Positions 24,050 through 38,329 of a stretch of 64,000 nt of DNA are shown here, in pieces. A program made the position numbers and the translations under genes. Each line of letters starts with the position of its first letter. Positions within the stretch are counted from its first letter, which is position 1. This DNA comes from Eledone cirrhosa (taxonomy: Eukaryota): the NCBI GenBank assembly GCA_964016885.1, contig OZ024763.1:10974001-11038000 (forward strand), read 5' to 3'. The notes under the pieces were generated by a model. The model was not told the origin of the DNA. It saw only the letters and a list, made by a program, of their open reading frames with translations, and searched no databases.

Positions 24050-24320
24050 GAAGCAATGGCCTGATGTACTTCTCGATACCATCGGTGTCTCCATTGAATT
24101 GGTGTGTCCCGAGCGTGGAAAGATTTGCTCGAGCAAATCTGGTTTCAATTAGCCACAGTCGCAGTCATGTTGAGAGAGAACCAGTGAACTATGATCTCCA
24201 CGGTATTGTGAAGGTACACAGGCAACCCGAGGCCAGGAAGATCCATAGTTGTCGTCAGTGTGTGAAGGAGTGCAAATCTCTAGCAGGCTTGAAAAGCCAT
24301 ATCTAAGTGTCACACAGCTG
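24050..24320 (+). pseudogene. Two decayed C2H2-like motifs, probably a LINE (RTE-type) C-terminus
   Basis: tgtcccgagcgtggaaagatttgctcgagcaaatctgg...agccacagtcgcagtcat (CPE.GKICSSKSG..SHSRSH, frameshifted) and CRQCVKECKSLAGLKSHI*. Confidence 0.45.
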
Positions 24321-24391
24321 AAGCTGACAAGTGATTGCAATACTCCTAGCATGAGTTTGCAGCCATCATGTATGTGTGTATATGTGAGTAT

Positions 24392-24730
24392 GGAGGCAGA
24401 TGGCTTAGTGGTTAGAGCATTGGCCTTGCAGTCGAAAGGTTGTGAGTTCAATTCTCAGACCGGGCGATGTGTTGTTTCCTTGAGCAAGACACTTTATTTG
24501 ACATTGCTCCAGTTTACTCAGCTGTAGAAATGAGATGATAGGACTGGGGTCCCTATCATTCCACTGCAAAGTGGTCGTGGAGGTGCCACGGCAAAAAAGC
24601 ACCCAGCACTCACTGTAAATGAGGTTGGTGTTAGGAAGGGCATCCAGCTGTAGAAATCAAGCCAGAACCAGTTCCCATCCCACCCTTGCAAGCAGGGAAA
24701 AGTGGACGTAAAATGAAATGAAATGAAAAT
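24392..24730 (+). mobile_element. tRNA/CORE-type SINE family A, full length
   Basis: A box tggcttagtgg (24401-24411), B box gagttcaattctc (24444-24456), CORE-like ttccttgagcaagacacttt...ctcagctgtagaaatgag, tail gttaggaagggcatccagctgtagaaa...ggacgtaaaatgaaatg shared with the RTE 3' UTR. Other copies 33074-33435(-), 33925-34125(-), 43545-43812(-). Confidence 0.9.
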
Positions 24731-24849
24731 GTATGTGTATGTAGTGGCCAGAGTAGGAGGGGGGTGTCAGAAATATGTTCACATACAGATAGACGAGTGA
24801 ACATCCACAAATAAACACATTTTATTTTATTTCATTCATATAAACACAC

Positions 24850-25269
24850 ACATATAGATGCAAACACGCATACATATATACATACATATACAGACACTAA
24901 TATAGACACACACATAAGTGTGTATGTACATACGTACACAGAGATAAACATACAGACACAGACACACACATATATATATATGTATATACGTACACATATA
25001 GATACATACATACATATATATATATATACGTACACATATAGACACAAACATACATACATACATACATATACATATACATATATATATACGTACACATATA
25101 GACACAAACATACATACATACATATATATACGTACACATATAGACAAACATACATACATACATATATATATATACGTACACATATAAACACATACATACA
25201 TATATATACATACACATATAGACACAAACATACATATATATATATATACATACACATATAGACACAAAC

Positions 25270-25300
<31 letters not shown>

Positions 25301-25653
25301 CGTACACATATAGACACATACATACATACATACATATATATATACGTACACATATAGACACAAACATACATACATACATATCTATATATATATATACGTA
25401 CACATATAGACACAAACATACATACATATATATATATATACACATACACATATAGACACAAACATACATACATACATATATATATATACACATACACATA
25501 TAGACACAAACATACATACATACATATATATATATATATACGTACACATATAGACACATACATACATACATATATATATACGTACACATATAGACACAAA
25601 CATACATATATACATACATACATATATATATATATACGTACACATATAGACAC

Positions 25654-25686
<33 letters not shown>

Positions 25687-25703
25687 CGTACACATATAGA
25701 CAC

Positions 25704-25742
<39 letters not shown>

Positions 25743-25770
25743 CACGTACACATATAGACACAAACATACA

Positions 25771-25805
<35 letters not shown>
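24850..25805. repeat. Compound micro/minisatellite (tacgtacacatatagacacaaacatacata...)
   Basis: Seen directly; ~40-50 bp variable unit. Confidence 0.9.
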
Positions 25806-25806
<1 letters not shown>

Positions 25807-26772
25807 TGTGTGTATGAGAGAGGGGGTGTCTGTGTATATATATCAGAACTCACAAGGCCTCAGATATTTCACAGTGGTAAGTAAACAAGAATAGTTTTGA
25901 TGGGTAGGGGTGCTAGAAGAAGAGTGGGGTGCAGAGAGAGAGAGAGAGGGGGAATGAATGAGCTTAGAATTTCAAGGGGACTGATTTTTTAGATGGTTAG
26001 AGAGCGAGAGAGAGGGGCGGGGGGCTCCAATATTCACTATTTGGCTTGCCCCTCCTTCCCCACCCCAGACCTATGTACAGTGACTGCCATCCTCTTCCTA
26101 CTTTTACACCCACACATATATAAATATCAATATGTATGTATATGTATATATGAAATCCCAAACTCAAAAACTAACTGTAACCGCAGTCGATAGCTATAAA
26201 TAACTGTTTCTACTTTGGGCACAAGGCCAGCAATTACCCAGTACATTACTGGTACTCTATTTTATCGACCCCGTATGGATGAAAGGCAAAGTTAACCTCG
26301 ACGGGATTTGAACTCAGATCGTAAAGGGACGTAACTATTGCTGGAAAGCATATCCGACCCTCTACCGATACTGCCAATAGAGCGGGGAATCAAATAAAAT
26401 ACCCTTATAGGAGGAAATAGTGGACAGCAACTACTCCGGAGAATCAAACTCCCAACACACGTGTGTGTTGTGTGTGTAGGTTGTGTCTTTATTAAGCAAT
26501 GTATGTAGCAATATCTGTAGGTGTGTAAAAGGGAAAACAGCGCCCAAATGGGAAGAGAGCTGAAATATTATATTATTTAAGTTCATACAAGGAACTAAAG
26601 AGTTACCTATGGTTTCAAGGCCCAATATTGAACATATATCTCCACAGTGTAAGAGGGATCAACATTGTGACCTAACATTCATGCGTTTATACAAGATAAA
26701 CTCGATAAGAGTCTGGAACTGGCTGTCGAAACGGCTAGAGCTCAGCTGTCGGGCCGGCCGCGACTCTTTCTA

Positions 26773-26935
26773 ATACAGTAAAATTCCGTTATAACGAAAT
26801 TCACAGGGTATAAAAAAAATTTGTTGTAACAAAAAATTCTTCATAATGAGATTGTGTGGGCGGGGATTGAAATAATGTAGTAATAGTGAAAAATTCATTA
26901 TAATGGTATTCGTTATAACGGAATTTTACCTGTAT
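26773..26935. mobile_element. Tc1/mariner-pogo-type MITE
   Basis: TA-cagtaaaattccgttataacgaa ... ttcgttataacggaattttacctg-TA terminal inverted repeats; second copy at 29693-29870. Confidence 0.8.
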
Positions 26936-27025
26936 ATATATACATATATATATTCCTTCCATATACTGTACCGATTGTGTTATTTTTGTATATCTTTTTA
27001 CATACAGAGAAAGAGAGAGAGAGAG

Positions 27026-28772
27026 ATTTCTTTATTAGCCACAAGGGCACACAAGAAAAGGGGACAATACAAAGACATGGCGGGGATTTTACATACAGTC
27101 GTGTAAAAAATATAAAACAAGCAATTACAACAATCAAAATCCCCAATAGGGGGGAGGCGCCACAAATGGGTTGTTTAATACTTCGTCGATAGAACAACCC
27201 TCAACTTCAGGAGTGTGTTGTGCAAGTGCTCCTTTCTTCCTTTTGCTCTCTTCTTCAACCTACAGGCTTATAAACAGAGAAGGCCCAATCACTCGGGCCA
27301 TTTTCGCTTCATTCACCCACCTTTCAGTAAATTTACTGGGGTGCAGTGCCTCTCTCTCCACCCTGATTCTCCTTCTAAAGTGATACTTAAAGAAGGGAAT
27401 CAATTGTTGTCCGGAGAGAAAGGCATCTGTCCTCAGTCCTCTCAACCTCATCCACCATATAACTTTTTTCACCATAGCCACCGTACAGAGGAAAACCGCC
27501 TCTCTTTCGTTTTTGAAAGAGGCTGGCAGTTTGATCCTTACCATGGACTCGGCAGTCAACTGGATTTGTCCCAAACGCGACAGCAGTTGTTCTGCATAGT
27601 TCCACAGGACGGTTACGCTCGGGCAGTGTACAATTGTGTGTCGGGGCGTCCGTGCCTGTAGATCTTGTCACGAACCGGTAGAGCTCCTCGGTAGCACTGC
27701 CAGGCCAGGGACCTCTGGAAGTTGTCCATAGGTCCCAAGCGGAAAGTCCTACCAAACAGACTGGTGAGCTCATCGTCTTCGATGCCCAGAGTCTCTCCGA
27801 GCACGTCGTCGCCCTTGTAACGTACAATCCCTCTATAGAATGTCGAAGTGGAGTCTCCACCGCTTGACAGCAGACGGATCTCCTCACCAGCGGAGCCTGC
27901 TTCTTCCACAGAAACTGGAAGAGCATGCGTTCCATCTTGGCGAGGTGTTCACGTGGACAAGGCACGACAGTCAAGCGGTAGTAGATGACGGACGCTATGA
28001 AAGTGTTCGCCACCTCCGCTCGACCTTTCAAGGACAGTTTGCACTCTGCCCACTTCTGGGTGAGTGCAAACACCTTGGCCGTGACCTCGTTCCAGTTTTT
28101 CTCCACCTGGAGGTCTGGACCGAACCAAACCCTGAGCAATTTCACCAGTCCGCAATTTCATCAGTTTGCCTCTCCACGTACCGAGTTGCAAACCGACAGA
28201 CTTGTCCGGGTTTAGTTTTGCTCCCGTCAGCGTTTCGTATTCTTTCAGTAAGTTGCCGATCACCCCGATTTCCGAGGTGTTCGACACCATTACCGTCACA
28301 TCGTCGGCATAAGCCAACACCGCTTTGCGCAGTCCCGGTTCTAGAGGGATACCCTGCAACAACTCCAATTTCCGCAGTAGTGGCTCTAGAGTCAATACAT
28401 ACAGAATGGAAGAGAGAGGGCACCCCTGTCGAATGGAACACGTGATTGTGAACGGCTCCGATAGGTAGCCGTTCACCTTGACCCTCAAGTAGATGCTGGT
28501 GTGCATCGTCTTGATCCATCCTCTCAACACGGGACCGAAACAGGCCGCCTTGAGACCGCTTCCAAGTATCGATGGTCGACCCTATCGAATTCCTTAGACT
28601 GATCCAAGTTGATCAGAGCCCCACCGAAGCCGGGTTTACTACCCACCCTCTCTATGATGTATCGCATGAGGTGGAGGTTGTCGTGTATGGACCTGGTCGG
28701 GATTGCACACGTTTGCGCCAACCTCGTCGCTAGCACCTTGGCCAAAATCTTTAACTCTGTGTTGAGCAAGAT
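27026..28772 (-). mobile_element. L1/Tx1-clade LINE 3' fragment (RT to 3' UTR), degenerate
   Basis: LLNTELKILAKVLATRL...SIHDNLHLMRYII...ALINLDQSKEFDRVDHRYL; SIRQGCPLSSILYVLTLEPLL...AYADDVT; LSLKGRAEVANTFIASVIYYRL; 3' UTR ending aataaagaaat. Confidence 0.9.
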
Positions 28773-28934
28773 ACGAAAACAACATTCATACGCAAATTCA
28801 CAACACATCGATACAAATACACACACATACGCCAGTATATACACACACAATCCAGACATAACTGACGAACACTAACACACACACAACAGACAGATACTAA
28901 CACATAAACAGGTATAAGCAAACAAGAACACACA

Positions 28935-28971
<37 letters not shown>

Positions 28972-29089
28972 CAAAGGAAATGTGGTAAGGAACCAGATGG
29001 ACCATAACGCACCAGAGTACTCAATACTTAGGGTAGTAGAGTGAGAAATAGGAAAAAGTATGACCCCGACGGCAGAGCTCATACTTTTT

Positions 29090-29128
<39 letters not shown>

Positions 29129-29417
29129 GCGAATATAAATAGATGAAAAAATATAAACGTGTATATAAAAAAAATTCACGTACATAAACAAGTTTGTTTT
29201 TATTACTCGAGATAAACACACGTATACACACGCGTAGAGCTTGTATATACATATACGTGTGTGTGTGTACACACAATATACACATACATACACACACACA
29301 CACATATATACACATACATATACATATACACATACATACATATACACACATATATACACACACACACACACACATACATACACATACATACACATACACA
29401 CATATATATACACACAC

Positions 29418-29448
<31 letters not shown>

Positions 29449-30244
29449 TACATCAGATTATATTTATAGGAAGTGAGGAACATTTTTTAAAACCCCTCCC
29501 TAACACAACTTTAATCCTTTCGTTGCCATATTTCTAATAAAAGACCCTCTCCCCAGGGGTTTTCAAATGAGTTTGATAATAATCAGGAATTTGGAGGGGT
29601 TTAGTAATAAACTAACTTTTCTATTACTAAACAGGTGTCTGGAACATAACTTAAAGCTTCTTACATAGAATTATAACGGAAGGGGGTTTTGTTTATAGTG
29701 AAATTCCGTTATAACGAAATTCACGGATTATAAAAAAAATTCGTTGTAACGAAAATTTCTTTATAACGTGATCGACTGAAACAAATCGTCCGTCTGTTTG
29801 TTTGTTTATTTTCGTTATACTGAAAATTTCGTAACAATGGTATTCGTTACAATGGAATTTTACCTGTATATAAATCTGAACAGTTGTGTAAGGGTGGCGG
29901 TGTCGGGTAGTTTGGTATGTCAATGGTAAAGTTGTCAGAGTGTGTGTGGGGGGAGGGGGTCAATGGTATGGAGAGAGAGGGGGGGGAGAGGGAGAGAGTA
30001 GGAAGTACGTCAGAGACTGGGACATGGAATTCGGAAGGAGACGGGAAGGGAAAAGGGGCGAGCTTGGTGTGTGTGTGTGTAAGACTGTGTTTTATGTGTG
30101 TGTATATATACATTGTGTTGTGTGTGCATACTGTGTTATGTGTATGTGTACAGTGTTGTGTGTTATATGTGTGTACACTGTCATGTGTGTGTGCGTGTGT
30201 GTAAATTGTGTATCTATGAAGCAATATATGTGTGTGTATGTATA

Positions 30245-30265
30245 TTTAGTAAGCAGTGTATGTAT

Positions 30266-30300
<35 letters not shown>

Positions 30301-30438
30301 CTGAGTAAGAAGTGTGTGTGTGTACGTGTATTTTGTAAGCAGTGTATGTATGTATATGTATATGTGTGTGTGTGTGTGTGTATATATATACTAAGACGTG
30401 TGTGTGTGTGTACGTGTATTTTGTAAGCAATGTATGTA

Positions 30439-30486
<48 letters not shown>

Positions 30487-30705
30487 CTGAGTAAGAAGTG
30501 TGTGTGTGTACATGTATTTTGTAAGCAGTGTATGTATGTATGTATGTATATGCATATGTGTGTGTGTGTATATATATACTGAGTAAGAAGTGTGTGTGTA
30601 CGTGTATTTTGTAAGCAGTGTATGTATGTATGTATATGTGTGTGTGTGTATATATATACTGAGTAAGAAGTGTGTGTGTACGTGTATTGTGTAAGCAGTG
30701 CTAGT
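30245..30705 (+). repeat. Tandem repeat ~80-95 bp (actgagtaagaagtgtgtg..tacgtgtattttgtaagcagtgtatg), ~5 copies
   Basis: Seen directly. Confidence 0.85.
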
Positions 30706-30820
30706 AAAAGACAATGTTTGTGTGAAAGACACGTACACACAGACAGACACATTCTCCCGCTTTTACACACACACACACTCTCTTCCTTCTTACACACACA
30801 CACACACACTCTCTCTTCCT

Positions 30821-30857
<37 letters not shown>

Positions 30858-31244
30858 TTATTAAAGTAGACAGAGGTCAAGTGAAGTAGGTGACCAGCAA
30901 GAGAGGGTGTGTGTGTGTGATAGAGGCAGAGAGAGATACATAGAGAACGACAGAGAGAGGGGGAACAGAGAGAGAGGGAGAAAGAGTGTGTTATACAGAG
31001 AGTGAGAGGGGTTGGGGAGAGAGAGAAAGAGAGAGGGGAACAGAGAGAGAGAGAGAGGGAACAGAGAGAGAGAGGGGGAACAGAGAGAGAGAGAGGGGGA
31101 ACAGAGAGAGAAAGAGGGGGACCAGAGAGAGAAACAGAGAGAGAGAGGGGGAACAGAGAGAGAGGGAGAAAGAAGGGATATTGTTAGAGCTAACAGTGTG
31201 AAAGATTTTGAAACAAGAGTTAATGTTAAGGTCTTTTTTTAACC

Positions 31245-32517
31245 ACATTTACTAACATTTACACCCCCTTTATAATTAAGGGAGCTAGTTACTAACATTT
31301 ACACCCCCTTTATAATGAAGGGAGCTGGTTACTAACATTTACAGCCCCTTTATAATGAAGAAGGGAGCTGGTTACTAACATTTACACCCCCTTTATAATG
31401 AAGAAGGGAGCTAGTTACTAACATTTACACCCCCTTTATAATGAAGGGAGCAAGTTACTAACATTTACAGCCCCTTTATAATGAAGAAGGGAGCTAGTTA
31501 CTAACATTTACAGCCCCTTTATAATGAAGAAGGGAGCTAGTTACTAACATTTACACCCCCTTTATAATGAAGGGAGCTGGTTACTAACATTTACAGCCCC
31601 TTTATAATGAAGAAGGGAGCTGGTTACTAACATTTACACCCCCTTTATAATGAAGAAGGGAGCTAGTTACTAACATTTACACCCCCTTTATAATGAAGGG
31701 AGCAAGTTACTAACATTTACAGCCCCTTTATAATGAAGAAGGGAGCTAGTTACTAACATTTACACCCCCTTTATAATGAAGAAGGGAGCTAGTTACTAAC
31801 ATTTACAGCCCCTTTATAATGAAGAAGGGAGCTGGTTACTAACATTTACACCCCCTTTATAATGAAGAAGGGAGCTAGTTACTAACATTTACACCCCCTT
31901 TATAATGAAGGGAGCTGGTTACTAACATTTACACCCCCCCCCCTTTATAATGAAGAAGGGAGCTCGTCACTAACATTTACACCCCCTTTATAATGAAGAA
32001 GGGAGCATGTTACTAACATTTACACCCCCTTTATAATGAAGAAGGGAGCATGTTACTAACATTTACACCCCCTTTATAATGAAGAAGGGAGCAAGTTACT
32101 AACATTTACAGCCCCTTTATAATGAAGGGAGCAAGTTACTAACATTTACAGCCCCTTTATAATGAAGAAGGGAGCAAGTTACTAACATTTACAGCCCCTT
32201 TATAATGAAGAAGGGAGCAAGTTACTAACATTTACAGCCCCTTTATAATGAAGAAGGGAGCAAGTTACTAACATTTACAGCCCCTTTATAATGAAGAAGG
32301 GAGCAAGTTACTAACATTTACAGCCCCTTTATAATGAAGAAGGGAGCAAGTTACTAACATTTACAGCCCCTTTATAATGAAGAAGGGAGCTGGTTACTAA
32401 CATTTACACCCCCTTTATAATGAAGAAGGGAGCTAGTTACTAACATTTACACCCCCTTTATAATGAAGGGAGCTGGTTACTAACATTTACACCCCCTTTA
32501 TAATGAAGAAGGGAGCT
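31245..32517 (+). repeat. Minisatellite, 43/40-bp unit, ~30 copies
   Basis: gttactaacatttaca(c/g)cccctttataatgaa(gaa)gggagc(ta/tg/aa/at) head-to-tail with no spacers. Confidence 0.95.
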
Positions 32518-32657
32518 GCTATGTGGTTAACCCTTTCGTTACCATATCTATAATGAAAAAACTGCCTTTAATTCTCAAATAGTTATGAATTTCGAAGGAT
32601 TTAGTAAAACAGGTAACTTTCACATTAAGTAGGGTTTTGAAGCACTGCCTGTGTTTA

Positions 32658-32875
32658 TTAATCCTTTAGCATTTACATCACTCTATTGTATTTTCATGGT
32701 AAAGGCTTCATCTCATATAATTATCTCACAATATCAAATCTATGAGATTTTGATATTATTCATGTTGAGAATAATACCTTAACATAAGTATAAGCAGTCA
32801 GTTATGTCCGGTTCGAACAGAAACAGGTGAAAGAATTCTGGCCGGATACGGCTGGCTTAAATGTTAAAGGGTTAA
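32658..32875 (-). mobile_element. piggyBac-like MITE, complete
   Basis: ttaatcctttagcattta ... taaatgttaaagggttaa: TIRs with TTAA on both sides. Also 39307-39531. Confidence 0.85.
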
Positions 32876-34130
32876 GGTTAGAAAGAGTCATGCTATATTA
32901 GATTTGACCCTTTCATTATCTAATGAAAGACATTGCCTGTGATTTTGAAATAATTTTGAAAATAATCACAAATCTAGAAGATTTAGAAATATAACTAACT
33001 TTCTCATTATTAAATGTGCCTGGAACATAAAGGTTCTTACATAAAATAATTATGGAATGTTTTTAGATAAATATCATCATCATCATCACCGTTTTACGTC
33101 CATTCTTCCATGCTAGCATGGGTTAGACGGGTTGTCCTGTTGTGGGCAGTGTCTGGTCGGCTGACTATGTCTTGCTCATACGGGAACTGATTCTGGCTTG
33201 ATTTCTACAGCTGGATGCCCTTCCTAACACCAACCTCATTTACAGTTAGTGCAGGGTGCTTTTTTGCCGTGACACCTACATGACCACTTTGCAGTGGAAT
33301 GATAGGGACCCCAGTCCTATCATCTCATTTCTACAGCTGAGTAAACTGGAGCAATATGAAATAAAGTGTCTTGCTCAAGGAAACAACACATCACCAGGTC
33401 CGAGAATTGAACTCACAACCTTCCGATTGCAAGCCTTCATTAAATATATACACTTTAAATGTGTTGTTATCTTTCTAATGAAAGACATTGCTTATAATTT
33501 TGAAAATATCAAGAATTTGGAGGGATTTAGTAATACAACTAACTTCCTCATTATTAAGTTGTTTGGAACATAACCAAAGTTCTTACATATAATTATGGTG
33601 GGAGGTTTTTAGATAAATATACACACTTCAATAGAAAGAATGTTGCATGGTAGAACCAAGGGTGACTCGGAAAGGTTTAATTATCGAAAACTACCAACAT
33701 AAACAAACCCAGATGCCATAGCAATATGTGGTTAAAGAGAGAAGACAGAGTGGGAGAGAAGAAAAATGAATGAGAGGATGCAATACAGAGGTAAAATATT
33801 TAGAGAAATCATACCCCCATCCTACCTCGATGACCAGTTTATCTTAAATGAAACAACACATTATTGTGTGGTCTCCCCCCCCCCCCTCTCTCTCTCTCTC
33901 GATATATATTTATATATATATATCATCATCATAATCATTTTACGTCCACTTTTCCCTGCTTGCAAGGGTGGGACGGGAACTGATACTGGCTTCATTTCTA
34001 CAGCTGGATGCCCTTCCTAACATCAACCTCATTTACAGTGAGTGCTGGGTGCTTTTTTGCCGTGGCACCTCCACGACCACTTTGCAGTGGAATGATATGG
34101 ACCCCAGTCCTATCATCTCATTTCCACAAC

Positions 34131-34337
<207 letters not shown>

Positions 34338-34829
34338 GTGTAATCTAGTGAAGAATACAACTCCCAACATAAGCCAGTAGTTAGCAACCTTATAGTTAGA
34401 CCTAGAAGAACTTGACAACACAGGACAACCTGGAGAAGAATAAATATGGAAGTTATCCCTTTAGCATTTAAACCAGCCACATCCGGCCAGAATTCTCACT
34501 TCTTTCTGTTCAAACCAACTGCAACTAGCTGCTTATACTTATGTTAAGATATTGTTCTCAAAATAAATAACATCAGAATCTCGTAGATTCGATATTACGC
34601 GAGATAATTATGAGGTAAAGCCTTAACCACAAAAATATGTGTTAGGAAGAGCATCCAGCCGTAGAAAACCTGCCAGATAGTCCTATATGAGCGAGACACG
34701 GTCACCCGACCAACCTTGCCTCAAGTGGGACAACTCCCGTCTAACCCATGCTAGCGTGGAAGATGGACGTTAAACGAAGATCATGATGATGATATATAGA
34801 ATAATGTAAATGATAATGAGTTAAAGAAC

Positions 34830-37135
34830 CCATTAACCAATAAGAAATTTAGAGATACATTGCTAGCAAATAGAGATATATGATATAGAGGAGCAGTGGG
34901 AGTTCCTGAAAGATAACCTACTGAAGGCAACAAATGAAATCTGCAGTTGGAGTAGGTCTCTAGGGAGTAGAGTGACTTCGAGGTGGAACAGTAGGGTAGA
35001 TGAAACAATCAAGACCAAAAGACAGACATGGAAAGAATGGCAGAACGGAGGAAGTAGAGAACTCTGCCAGGAGAGAAGCTAGGCGATAAGTATACTTTGC
35101 AAGAAGGAAAGCAGAAAATAAAGAATTTAACCATATTTTGTGGCATGAGGTGTTCAGGATTGCAAAACAGTGTCAGGGAAAATTGTGATGTTGAGGGGGA
35201 GAAGTATGTCCTAGATGATAATATAGTATATTTGCCTTCACTGGTACTGAAAAAAAAAGGTTGCACGGAAGCACCACTATGAAAGATTACTGAATAAGGA
35301 GAATGCATGGGAAGAAGATAGTTTTCCCCAAGTTGACCGAAGAGAGGGACCGGCTGGACAAGTCAGTAGTAGTATAGTAAGTAAGGCGATCAAGAATATG
35401 AAGACAGGCAGGGCAACTGGACCTTCAGGGATAGTTGCCGAGATGCTGAATGCATCTGCAATGGTGGGTCACACAGTAAACCAAGTAATACAAAACAGTG
35501 TCAAACCCAATGACTGATGTAGCAGCATCATCATCCATTGCTACAAGAACAAAGGAGATGCTCTAGACAGAGAAAACTATAGAGGCATTAAGTTTGTTGA
35601 CCAAGTTATAAAAGTCATAGAAAGAGATATTGCACAGCTGATTAGGGATCAAGTTAACCTAGATGAGATGCAGTTTGGACTTGTGCCAGGCAAAAATACC
35701 TAGCTAAAAGTAAATCTCTCTACTTGGCATTTGTTGACCGGGTGCCAGTTTTTGACAGAGTCTCCCATTCCATTATCTGGTGGGCTCTTAGAAAACTAGG
35801 AGTAGATGAGTGGCTTGTGAAAGCTGTACAAGCCATGTATAGAGGAACAGTCAGCAAGGCCAGAATTAACACTGACTATAGTGAAGAACTTGTGTGCAGG
35901 TAGGTGCCTAACAGGGCTCTGTTCTTAGCCTTCTCCTGTTTATTATTGTCCTACAGGCTATAACAGAAGAGTTTAAGGCTGGCTGTCCATGGCAACTTCT
36001 GTATGCAGATGATCGAACCCTCATAGCTGAATCTATGGCAGAATTGGAGAAGACATTTCAAACCTGGAAGCACGGACTAGAATCAAAAGGTCTTAAATTT
36101 TACTTGTCCTAGTAGAAAGAAAAACAGGTCCTAGATTTCCTCAGGAAAATGGCCTTGCTCAGTGTGCAGAAAAGGAGTAGGTAGAAATTCCATCCTATGT
36201 CCCAAATGCAAACTATTTGTACACAAGGGATGCAGTGGCATTTCAGACAAGCTAGCAAAAGACGTAGGTTTTATATGCAGCTGATGCACAGGTGCAATAA
36301 TTAACAAGAGCCATAGGATACTAGCTCCTTCAAATGCTCAGGTCTCTGTAAAAGTAGTAGATAGTTTCTGTTACCTGGTTGACCAAATTAACAGTGGAGG
36401 AGGATGTTCCGAAAGCACACTTGCCAAAGTGAGAACGGGTTAGAGGGAGTTCAGGGAGCTACTACAGCTGCTACCCACAAAAGGTTTTTTCCTCAAAATG
36501 AAAGATTGTATGATGCATATATACGAACAGCAATGTTGCATGGTAGTGAAACCTGGGCACTGTGTGCAGAGGACCTATGGAGATTGGAAAGAAATGAAGC
36601 TTCCATCCTTTGATGGATGTGTAATAGTAATATACATGAACGGCAAAGCATAAATGAATTGAAAAAGAAACTAGGCATAAGAAGAATCAAATGTGTACAC
36701 AGAGAGGAGATTGCGTTGGTATGGACATGTGATGCATATGAAGGATGACAACTGCATAATAAGGTGCAGAGAGCTCAAAGTTGATGGAAGCTATGGAGTA
36801 GGAAGACTTAGGATGAGGTGATAAAAGCTGATCTTGCACAATTGCACCTCTCAAAGGTGAAGAGAGAAGACGGTGATCTCTGGTATTATGCTGTACTACA
36901 GAAGACCTGCCTTCCCATGTGCATAGGTTGAGGCATACATCTAATAGACACTATCTTCCCCTCCTCCACTAGTGACATGACAATAAGTGCCCAGACCACA
37001 CTGTAAATGAGGTTGGCATTAGAAAAGGCATCAAAGCCTTAGAAACGAAGCCTAAATCAGTTCTGTATGAGCAGGACAACTTGTCTAACCCATGCTAGCA
37101 TGAAAAATAGATGTTAAACGGTGATGATGATGTTG
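34830..37135 (+). mobile_element. Long degenerate RTE/RTE-X-type LINE (RT with internal Cys/His finger, 3' UTR)
   Basis: IKNMKTGRATGPSGIVAEML, YKNKGDALDRENYRGIK, DEMQFGLVPG, QGSVLSLLLFIIVL, WQLLYADD, WPCSVCRKGVGRNSILCPKCK.FVHKGCSG, MLHGSETW; many stops. Confidence 0.9.
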
Positions 37136-37713
37136 ATTCACACACACATACATATATATAACCCTCCTAACTCAACAACTGACCATGAGGACTACTACTA
37201 CTTCCATTACCACACAGCCACCACTACCATTATCACAACCACAACCATCATCACTAAAAGTATATAAACAAACTAAAATTACAAATAGAGGCATAGTCCT
37301 ATTTGAGGGTTCCATTTAAAGGCAAGCAACATTTCTATGGGAGATAATCATAAAACTGAAAGAAACATATATGACAACAAAACAAAATTAGTTACTGAAT
37401 ATATGATGTTACAAGTGACAATCCTACTTACAGTTTAATTCAGGAATGAATTTATTGTTGAAATAACTTTAATAAATTGGTCAAACATACAGAAAAGGGT
37501 GAGCAGCATTGGAAAGAACTATAAATGCCATAAATGAGAGGAAAAGGAGGGAAAGAACAAAGACTATTAGGCAAAGGAAGAAAGAAAGAAGGAAGGGAAG
37601 ATTCGAAAAGACACATGAGGCCGTTTGCTTGCAAATGAACTGAATATTAATATTATTATTCACTCACGAATACATTTAGGTATTTTCCATGTTAAAGCAA
37701 AAACTAATTTTGT

Positions 37714-37890
37714 TTACCATATTTCCCTGCATCGAAGACGCTACTTTTTCCATAAAATAAGTCTCAAAAATCTACCAATGCGCCCTGGAAGCCGAAGGTT
37801 GTTTATTATTTTTTTTTTTCAAACTTTTGGCTGTCAAAATTAGGGGGCGTCCTCGAAGACAAAGAGTCTTCGGTGCCTGGAAATATGGTA
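37714..37890. mobile_element. pogo/mariner-type MITE
   Basis: TA-ccatatttccctgcatcgaagac ... gtcttcggtgcctggaaatatgg-TA terminal inverted repeats. Confidence 0.75.
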
Positions 37891-38329
37891 TATATATATA
37901 TATATATATATAATTATAAAATGTTTGCTTGAAGCATTGTATATAATATATAATGTGGAAAGTGATATAAGGCAAAACAATGCAAAATGGACGGTAAGAT
38001 GAGAGAGAGAGGTAGAACACTGGAAGGTAATATCCGTAGTGGTAGAGCACTCAGTCCATGGGACGAGTTAGGTAGAAGTGGTTACACAACAGTTAGTTCA
38101 CCATACCGAGAACAATTGTTTCACCACTTATATATATATATAATAAAAATTATAGTTAAAATATAAAACCAGAATATTAAATTTAATGGAATATATATAA
38201 TAACTGTCAACTCATAAACATACATTAAACAAGCCACATGAAAGTATATTAGCAAGACATTGTTGGAAAGTACTAAACAGTACTATGAAATTAAATTACA
38301 TTAAATATTAAAGACTTTACGCTATTCCT

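Noticed and set aside
24392-24465. tRNA gene
   Set aside because: tRNA-derived SINE head continuing into CORE and tail; no proper acceptor stem.
31245-32517. CRISPR-like regular array
   Set aside because: Units are head-to-tail with no unique spacers, there are no cas genes, and the context is eukaryotic.
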